Assembly (NCBI GenBank): GCA_001029755.1
Contig: CP011214.1
Span: 557,767-621,766, forward strand
Direction: 5' to 3'
Source of the DNA: Candidatus Woesebacteria bacterium GW2011_GWF1_31_35
GTDB taxonomy: Bacteria; Patescibacteriota; Microgenomatia; UBA8517
Length of the DNA: 64,000 nt
Position numbers and translations under genes: made by a program. The notes beneath the pieces are model-generated. The model was not told where the DNA came from and did no database searches. It saw only the letters and a list, made by a program, of their open reading frames with translations. Below are positions 58,457 to 64,000 of this stretch, one piece after another (positions within the stretch are counted from its first letter, which is position 1; each line of letters opens with the position of its first letter).

Positions 58457-58995
58457 TTAGTATCTCCTACTCTAAGACCTTTTAAATCCCCTACTGTTTG
58501 GACTAATAGTTTATGAATTTCTTTTAAGTTATTTTTAATTGATTTTATTGAATCTCTTACCAATTTAAAATCTTCTTGGGGAGTATTAGAAACTAGTATG
58601 TCATCTATAGATAGAGAACTAAGCTTGGTTTTAACTCCAGTAAGCATTAATTTAGCTTTCCCAATATCAGTTTTTGCTTTAGCTGTATTAATTTTTCCTT
58701 CAGTATCTGAAGCATCAATTTTAGTAATTCTTGAATCAAGTCTATCAATTAACTTTTGGATTCTTTCAACTGTAGCCTCAAGCCTAACTATCATTTTAGA
58801 ATAGAAAGACATAATTCTTTCTCTTCTAATAGCTGTAATTTTTTGGTTAACTTCTCCTTTTTTGAATTCAACTTTTATATTAGCCCCTTCTCTTTTTTGA
58901 GAACCCACAGAAGTCGGAGTTGATGTTTGTGCTGAAACTAGTGGTACAAAGATTAAAAACGTTAGAAAGCTTATCAAAAATAGTTTTAATTTCAT
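58453..58995 (-). CDS. Hypothetical secreted coiled-coil protein
   Basis: Signal peptide MKLKLFLISFLTFLIFVPLVSAQ, then a Lys/Glu-rich helical region. Confidence 0.4.
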   Translation of the reverse strand: MKLKLFLISFLTFLIFVPLVSAQTSTPTSVGSQKREGANIKVEFKKGEVNQKITAIRRERIMSFYSKMIVRLEATVERIQKLIDRLDSRITKIDASDTEGKINTAKAKTDIGKAKLMLTGVKTKLSSLSIDDILVSNTPQEDFKLVRDSIKSIKNNLKEIHKLLVQTVGDLKGLRVGDTK

Positions 58996-59339
58996 AGATA
59001 AATCCTACACTAATAACTTAAAAAGAGCAAGAATGGTGAAGAAAATGCCAATTGGAATAAACAAAAGAAGTACAGATAAAGTATCTTTCTCCTTTTTAGT
59101 AAATGCATGTATTGTATTCATTTTAAGTTACCTTTAAAGCGTTGGATATATTACTATATTTTAATCTTTAATATTTTAATGATACACCAAAACAAGATAA
59201 AATTTCAGTTAAGTAATCGAATTTACTTAATAATTTCCACAATTGTAAATATATGTAAAGTGTAGACATATTTGATATCGATTTTCGAATTGTTATGTGA
59301 ATTTTTAAAAAGTGTTATATTTAATATATAAAGGTATAT

Positions 59340-59855
59340 ATGTTTAAACTTAATGAAGAAAAATATAAAGAAGTAATATTGTACTTGGCTAAAAATGTAG
59401 GTCAGGGCGGTGTTTATGGTAAAAAGAAAATGTATAAATTATTGTATTATGTGGATTTTGATTTTTTTGAAAAGTATGAAAAACCCATAACTGGAGATAT
59501 TTATCACAAATTACCTATGGGACCAGCTCCATCGTATTTTGATGTAATTGCACTTGAGTTAAAGAAAGAGGGAAATTTACAAATAAATAAAAGCAAGTCT
59601 GGTAATGGATATAATGATGCTGTTGTCTATAAAGCATTAACTGATCCTAAGGTGGATATTTTTTCGAAAGACGAAAAGAAGATGCTAGATAGGGTTATTA
59701 AACTTTATGGTGATAAAACAGGTCATCAACTTGAAATATTAACTCACAAAGAGGCGCCATACTTGGCAGTAGATGAAGGTGAAGGAATGCCTTTAGAGTT
59801 TGCACATTACAGAGGAACTTCCTTATATGCTCGACCTATTCAAGTACAAGCATAA
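59340..59855 (+). CDS. Panacea (DUF4065, SocA-like) domain protein, apparently orphan
   Basis: GKKKMYKLLYYVDFDFFEKYEKPITGDIYHKLPMGPAPSYFD matches the Panacea-domain core (KL.KLLYy.....l.....Pl...e.f.a...GPV). Confidence 0.55.
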   Translation: MFKLNEEKYKEVILYLAKNVGQGGVYGKKKMYKLLYYVDFDFFEKYEKPITGDIYHKLPMGPAPSYFDVIALELKKEGNLQINKSKSGNGYNDAVVYKALTDPKVDIFSKDEKKMLDRVIKLYGDKTGHQLEILTHKEAPYLAVDEGEGMPLEFAHYRGTSLYARPIQVQA

Positions 59856-59908
59856 TTATAACAGTTTTAGATACTCGAAACTACTTGTAGGAATAAGAGG
59901 AATGGAAG

Positions 59909-60544
59909 TTATTTCAAATAATTTTCTTTACAATATTGAATCGATTTTGATAAATCTCCTTTAGTTTCTTCAACACCAGATCGACCAGACCAAAGTGAAG
60001 CAACATTAAATCTGGATGGTCTTTGAGATGAGTCATTAGATCTTGGAGATTTATTTAATTTTTCCATTTCTGAGTCTGTTAAAAATATTGAATCAGAACG
60101 AGAAAGCTCATTTATTAAAGAACTCCAATCATTATCAGAAAAAGACCCTTGGTATTCGCTTTCTCTAGTTGGATACCAAGAAAGTATTTCTTTTATACCG
60201 GTCAATTGAATATTAGAAGCCATAGAATCAAACAAAGTATCAACAATGCGAATTGCTCTTGATTCATCTGAACTCTTTGTTGTATTTAGTAAACCTACAA
60301 TTTGTTCAGCTCTTTGAGAATTATCAAAATAGTTAGAAAGCTTATCCCAGCTTTTAGAAAATATCATAAGCCCAAATGTTCCCAACCGATGTACTACAAA
60401 CTTTTGATCATTCTTTTTTGTCAGAAGTGCGTTCGCTACTCTTCCCCACGATTTTTCTTCACTAAGTGTATCAAGCCATTCTTTAGTCTCCTGCCAATTC
60501 ACAGGTTCTTGATATTTTTCTAGCTTTTCATGTAGATCAGCCAT
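59909..60544 (-). CDS. Hypothetical protein
   Basis: 211-aa ORF, Ser/Asp/Glu-rich. No motif recognised. Confidence 0.35.
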   Translation of the reverse strand: MADLHEKLEKYQEPVNWQETKEWLDTLSEEKSWGRVANALLTKKNDQKFVVHRLGTFGLMIFSKSWDKLSNYFDNSQRAEQIVGLLNTTKSSDESRAIRIVDTLFDSMASNIQLTGIKEILSWYPTRESEYQGSFSDNDWSSLINELSRSDSIFLTDSEMEKLNKSPRSNDSSQRPSRFNVASLWSGRSGVEETKGDLSKSIQYCKENYLK

Positions 60545-60723
60545 GGTCTTATTCTAGCATGTTTTATAGAAAAAAGTTATGTTAAACTGAATTAGAATAC
60601 TAACAAATTTTTACATTTCCCCCCCCTTTAAATAAACGGGTTTCGTTTTTGCCGAATTCACCATACAATTTGCTTGCGTCGTCCACATTTGACGCGAGCA
60701 ATTTGAAGCTAACTCCTGAGTTG

Positions 60724-60807
60724 TGTCGGAGACAGGACTTGAACCTGCAAGGAGTTGCCTCCACAGGATCCTAAATCCTGCGCGTCTACCAATTTCGCCA
60801 CTCCGAC
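60724..60807 (-). tRNA. tRNA-Leu (anticodon TAG), long variable arm
   Basis: GUCGGAG acceptor pairs with CUCCGAC; D-arm GGCGAAAUUGGUAGACGC; anticodon stem CAGGA/UCCUG with loop UUUAGGA; long variable arm; T-loop UUCAAGU. Confidence 0.8.
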
Positions 60808-60985
60808 ATAGTTAATATTTTATCATTTATTATAATAAATGACCAAGCTTTGTTTATCACAAAAAAAAGCCCCTCCATAAAGAAGGGGCTTGTAGAAATT
60901 CTAACGCCGTATCTTGTAAACAAGTACAGCCTCAGAACGTGATTGGTACTATAATATAATATTATAGGTTTGTCAAGTTTTACAA

Positions 60986-61747
60986 CTAGATAACCCTTTT
61001 TCTTGCTAATACGAAGTAAGAAGGACCAAAATTTAGCCTTGAAAACGGCTTTTGAATGATTTTTTCTATATCCAATAGTAAATTTAATGGGAAGAATTTT
61101 TTAATTATAGTTGATCTAATATTTGAAACAGATCTTACCTCAATTATTTCAAAACCAGCTGTTTTTAATTTTTCATATATCTGATCGGGATGGTAGTTAA
61201 TAAATGGAAGAGTATTATCTTTAATATGTTTTTTACTTCTTAAATCTATTGGGAATATATTAATTGGGTAGGTGATGTTTCCTTTAAATATATTTCGTAA
61301 GCTTGCTTTAAGATGGCTTTTATTTGGAAATTCTAATATAAAATACCCTCCCCTAGAAAGAAGAGAATAAACAATGTTAAAAGCTTCATCTATATTGTCT
61401 ATGTGATGTAAAACTCTAACCATTATACAAAGATCAAAAGTTTTTGATTTAATCCTATTTTTAATACTTGCTATTCCACATTGAAGAAAATCTACTTTTT
61501 TAAGTTTTTTATATTTTCTTTGGGCGCTAAATAGTAAACTTGCACATGGATCAGAAACTATAATTTTTTTGGCTCTAAAATGATAGGATGGTAAAAGTCT
61601 ACCGAAACCTGCTCCAATTTCAACAACTTTTTCAATTTTTGGAATTTTTGAAATAAGTCCTTTAATAGCTATAAATTCTGATTTATGTTCATAATCCCTA
61701 CCTTTCCAGTAGGAGGGATAATCGTAATTGTCGTATGCTGCTGACAT
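60986..61747 (-). CDS. Class I SAM-dependent methyltransferase
   Basis: Motif I VVEIGAGFGRL; post-I acidic IIVSDP; motif II-like LCIMVRVLHH. Confidence 0.7.
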   Translation of the reverse strand: MSAAYDNYDYPSYWKGRDYEHKSEFIAIKGLISKIPKIEKVVEIGAGFGRLLPSYHFRAKKIIVSDPCASLLFSAQRKYKKLKKVDFLQCGIASIKNRIKSKTFDLCIMVRVLHHIDNIDEAFNIVYSLLSRGGYFILEFPNKSHLKASLRNIFKGNITYPINIFPIDLRSKKHIKDNTLPFINYHPDQIYEKLKTAGFEIIEVRSVSNIRSTIIKKFFPLNLLLDIEKIIQKPFSRLNFGPSYFVLARKRVI

Positions 61748-61760
61748 AAGTTAAGTTATT

Positions 61761-62381
61761 CTACTCCATCCCTTCAATGAATTGGTTGACACCTTCTGCC
61801 CAGGAGCCGTTTGAAAGTGGTGTATATTTGCTCATTATTTCTTCAGGAGTAACATAGCCTTTATCTATATATTCTTTTTTAAGCCCTGCTGTGACAGTTT
61901 CAATTCCATTTTCAAATGAATTAAAACCCAAAGTTCCCTTACTGTGTATTCCCCACCCCCAACAATTAAATGTTCCTGGTGGAATTATTTTACAAAGATT
62001 TGATTCTTGTTGGGCTATGGCTGGAATTAATTTAAAATCTATTCCATATTCATCTGCCTTTTCTACAATAAAAGATGAATAATTAACAAGTGGTGAGTTA
62101 TATCTTTCCAAGTATTGTCTGACAAGTTCAATTCTAGCATCAGATGCAGTAGCTACACCTAATACAGTTGGAAATTCTTTTGGAAGTGAAGCATAGACTC
62201 TAACTCCACTATTTGTTGTAACTGTACCCAATTTAATAGGTTCTTCTTTGTTTAGTGAAAAAATTGAAAATAAACTAATACCTAATGTTATTGGGGTAAT
62301 TGTAAAAAAAACTATAATAAAAAAAAGGTTCTTCCAAAAACTAAAGGACGATTCATTATCTGAATTTAAGTCAGTTATCAT
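61761..62381 (-). CDS. Hypothetical membrane-anchored protein (possible cell-wall-active enzyme)
   Basis: N-terminal TM (LFFIIVFFTITPITLGISLFSIF). LIPAIAQQESNL...NCWGWGIH is reminiscent of glycoside-hydrolase/transglycosylase catalytic regions, but this is not secure. Confidence 0.35.
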   Translation of the reverse strand: MITDLNSDNESSFSFWKNLFFIIVFFTITPITLGISLFSIFSLNKEEPIKLGTVTTNSGVRVYASLPKEFPTVLGVATASDARIELVRQYLERYNSPLVNYSSFIVEKADEYGIDFKLIPAIAQQESNLCKIIPPGTFNCWGWGIHSKGTLGFNSFENGIETVTAGLKKEYIDKGYVTPEEIMSKYTPLSNGSWAEGVNQFIEGME

Positions 62382-62483
62382 TATTATGCAATTTACAGAA
62401 TGACATAATTAAGTTTATGAGTCAAGTTTATAAGTTTTAAAAAAAATATAGTCTACTAAGTTTGGTATAATACGAATATAATT

Positions 62484-62568
62484 GCAGATGTGGCGAAACG
62501 GTAGACGCGTACCGTTCAGGACGGTATGGGCTTTACAGCTCTTGGAGGTTCAAATCCTCCCATCTGCA
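62484..62568 (+). tRNA. tRNA-Leu (anticodon CAG), long variable arm
   Basis: Acceptor GCAGAUG/CAUCUGC; D-arm GGCGAAACGGUAGACGC; anticodon stem UACCG/CGGUA with loop UUCAGGA; T-loop UUCAAAU. Confidence 0.8.
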
Positions 62569-62598
62569 CAAATTAGGCAACTTTACATAAATTAATAC

Positions 62599-62680
62599 GC
62601 GGGGATGGCGAAATTGGTAGACGCGTACGCTTAAGGAGCGTATGGAGTAATCTTTGCAGGTTCAAGTCCTGTTCCCCGCA
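62599..62680 (+). tRNA. tRNA-Leu (anticodon TAA), long variable arm
   Basis: Acceptor GCGGGGA/UCCCCGC; anticodon stem UACGC/GCGUA with loop UUAAGGA; T-loop UUCAAGU. Confidence 0.8.
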
Positions 62681-62683
62681 CAA

Positions 62684-63358
62684 TTACTTGTCTGTTTTCC
62701 CATGAAGTAAATTTACATGGTAATGTACATCTAACCATGTTTTACATGGAATAACGTTAATGTCTCCTCGCATGCATTTATCGTTATCATAAAAATAAAC
62801 GGTACCTTTATAATCATTCGGCAGTTTTTCAACAACCGAAGGACTGTCGTCAACTATTCCTACTACTTGTGGGTAAAGAAAATGTAAAACCTCTGCTTTC
62901 CATGTATTCCCTTCACTAGAAATAATATCTTTTGGTCTAGCAATAATTGGTTCACTTGGAAAATTATGTTTATTTAACCAATGGGTTGTTCCAGATAGAA
63001 CAGATTGTGGTCTAATTGTTAGATACCCAACTATCGGAATTATTTGATTAATTTTTTGTACCATATCGTTAGAATTTTCAATAAGTAGCAATTCTTCTTG
63101 CAGCAAATCATTTTCTCGTGCATTCTCCATCCATTCTATAGCTTCAGGGGTTTGCCAATATGAAACATTTTGAGTGTAGTGATATTTTGCGATAAGATCT
63201 TTTACTAATAGATTTTCAGGGTTTCCAAATTTTTTTTGCATTTCATGAAACCAATAACCATTTGTCCATGAAAGTGTTTCATCAATATCAAGTACTAAAC
63301 CTTCCCTTCCCTCACTTATTAATTTTTGTTTGAATTGTTGAACTTCTTGCTCAATCAT
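62684..63358 (-). CDS. HAD-superfamily hydrolase-like protein
   Basis: Motif I LVLDIDETL (DxDxT) near the N-terminus; C-terminal GIVDDS-like motif III/IV. Confidence 0.5.
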   Translation of the reverse strand: MIEQEVQQFKQKLISEGREGLVLDIDETLSWTNGYWFHEMQKKFGNPENLLVKDLIAKYHYTQNVSYWQTPEAIEWMENARENDLLQEELLLIENSNDMVQKINQIIPIVGYLTIRPQSVLSGTTHWLNKHNFPSEPIIARPKDIISSEGNTWKAEVLHFLYPQVVGIVDDSPSVVEKLPNDYKGTVYFYDNDKCMRGDINVIPCKTWLDVHYHVNLLHGKTDK

Positions 63359-63369
63359 AGAATTACTAA

Positions 63370-63792
63370 CTAAAAATAATCCTGTTCTGTAAAAAGTGAT
63401 TTGAGTGTAAAAAAAGTGACTTTTGTTAATCTAAACATAAATTCTGTAAACATTACTAAAAATATAAACATGAATTTTAAAAAACTGGGAAAATATAAAA
63501 TCAATCCTATTAAACTACAGGCAATGATTATTGATCTCTCATCAAATTCAAAAACCAGAAGTCCAATGAAAAACAAACCCACTACAACAGCTGCATGAAT
63601 TACCTTTTTAAACAAATAATCAGATAGAGGATAATTAACTAAATTATAAAATATTGAAGTTTTCTTAATTTGAAATTTATTAAAATATATTTTGAATAAA
63701 TCTATTGGTACGGCAAAAAATCTAATAATTACTTCAATATAATAAGTAAAAATATTTCTTGTTGCATCAAGCTCAATTTTAACCTTTTTCAT
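63370..63792 (-). CDS. Hypothetical integral membrane protein
   Basis: Four predicted TM segments. No motif. Confidence 0.35.
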   Translation of the reverse strand: MKKVKIELDATRNIFTYYIEVIIRFFAVPIDLFKIYFNKFQIKKTSIFYNLVNYPLSDYLFKKVIHAAVVVGLFFIGLLVFEFDERSIIIACSLIGLILYFPSFLKFMFIFLVMFTEFMFRLTKVTFFTLKSLFTEQDYF

Positions 63793-63797
63793 TTTAA

Positions 63798-64000
63798 TTA
63801 CTCGTAAAACCAGTTATAATCAGGTTCACTAACTTCAATAATTTTACTTTTATTCATTTTATAAGTTCCCTCTTCGTTTACAGTTTCCCAAGTACCTTCA
63901 TAGTAATGATATTCAGCTTCACCATCTACCCAATTAGTTGTTCCAAATTTAACAAAGACAACTGTTTTACTTTTTTCAAATGGCTCTGATATAAAAATAT
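63798..64000 (-). CDS. Hypothetical protein, 3' end only (ORF runs off the window end)
   Basis: Open frame on the minus strand from the window edge to TAA at 63798-63800 (...YKMNKSKIIEVSEPDYNWFYE*). Confidence 0.3.
   Translation of the reverse strand, partial: IFISEPFEKSKTVVFVKFGTTNWVDGEAEYHYYEGTWETVNEEGTYKMNKSKIIEVSEPDYNWFYE

Noticed and set aside
59005-59118. 37-aa hydrophobic ORF upstream of the 58453-58995 gene
   Set aside because: A plausible micro-protein, but with no coupling or motif evidence. Too weak to call.

Overview
This is an AT-rich (about 30% GC by eye), gene-dense bacterial chromosomal segment read with the standard genetic code. Long housekeeping ORFs are intact, so UGA recoding is unlikely. 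Proteins are streamlined: ThrS lacks the N-terminal TGS domain, and trigger factor and PheT are short. Together with an unusually large type IV pilus locus, this suggests a Candidate Phyla Radiation / Patescibacteria-like organism, but that is an inference and not verifiable here.

What the window contains:
- Recombination and cell wall: xerC/D-type recombinase, LCP, SIMPL, VanY-like M15 peptidase, PBP1A.
- DNA replication and repair: gyrA, gyrB (interrupted by a 434-aa HNH-type intein in the Toprim motif), malic enzyme, ppa, holB-like, recG, Y-family DNA polymerase (dinB) with a coupled small ORF.
- Type IV pilus locus: pilB, pilT, pilC, a major pilin, pilD, then nine more pilin-like genes; a second locus carries a PilX-like protein plus pilM/N/O.
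- Translation: rpsP, KH-domain protein, rnc, nusB, rpmF; the conserved thrS-infC-rpmI-rplT-pheS-pheT block with attenuator-like hairpins before thrS and pheS; tyrS, typA/bipA, trigger factor; five tRNAs (Ala-GGC, Val-GAC, Leu-TAG, Leu-CAG, Leu-TAA).
- Accessory genes: AbiEii-like nucleotidyltransferase with a small upstream partner, a Fic protein with a degenerate catalytic motif, two paralogous 91-aa proteins, an orphan Panacea-domain protein, a DUF3800 protein, and an RRM protein.

The most interesting locus is 34158-36650. It encodes a radical SAM enzyme with an N-terminal PqqD-like RiPP recognition element and a C-terminal SPASM domain. Translationally coupled to it is a 79-aa Cys/Pro-rich precursor-like peptide carrying eight Cys-X-Pro repeats, and convergent to that is an HExxH metalloprotease-like gene. 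This looks like a compact, apparently undescribed ranthipeptide/sactipeptide-like RiPP biosynthetic cassette.
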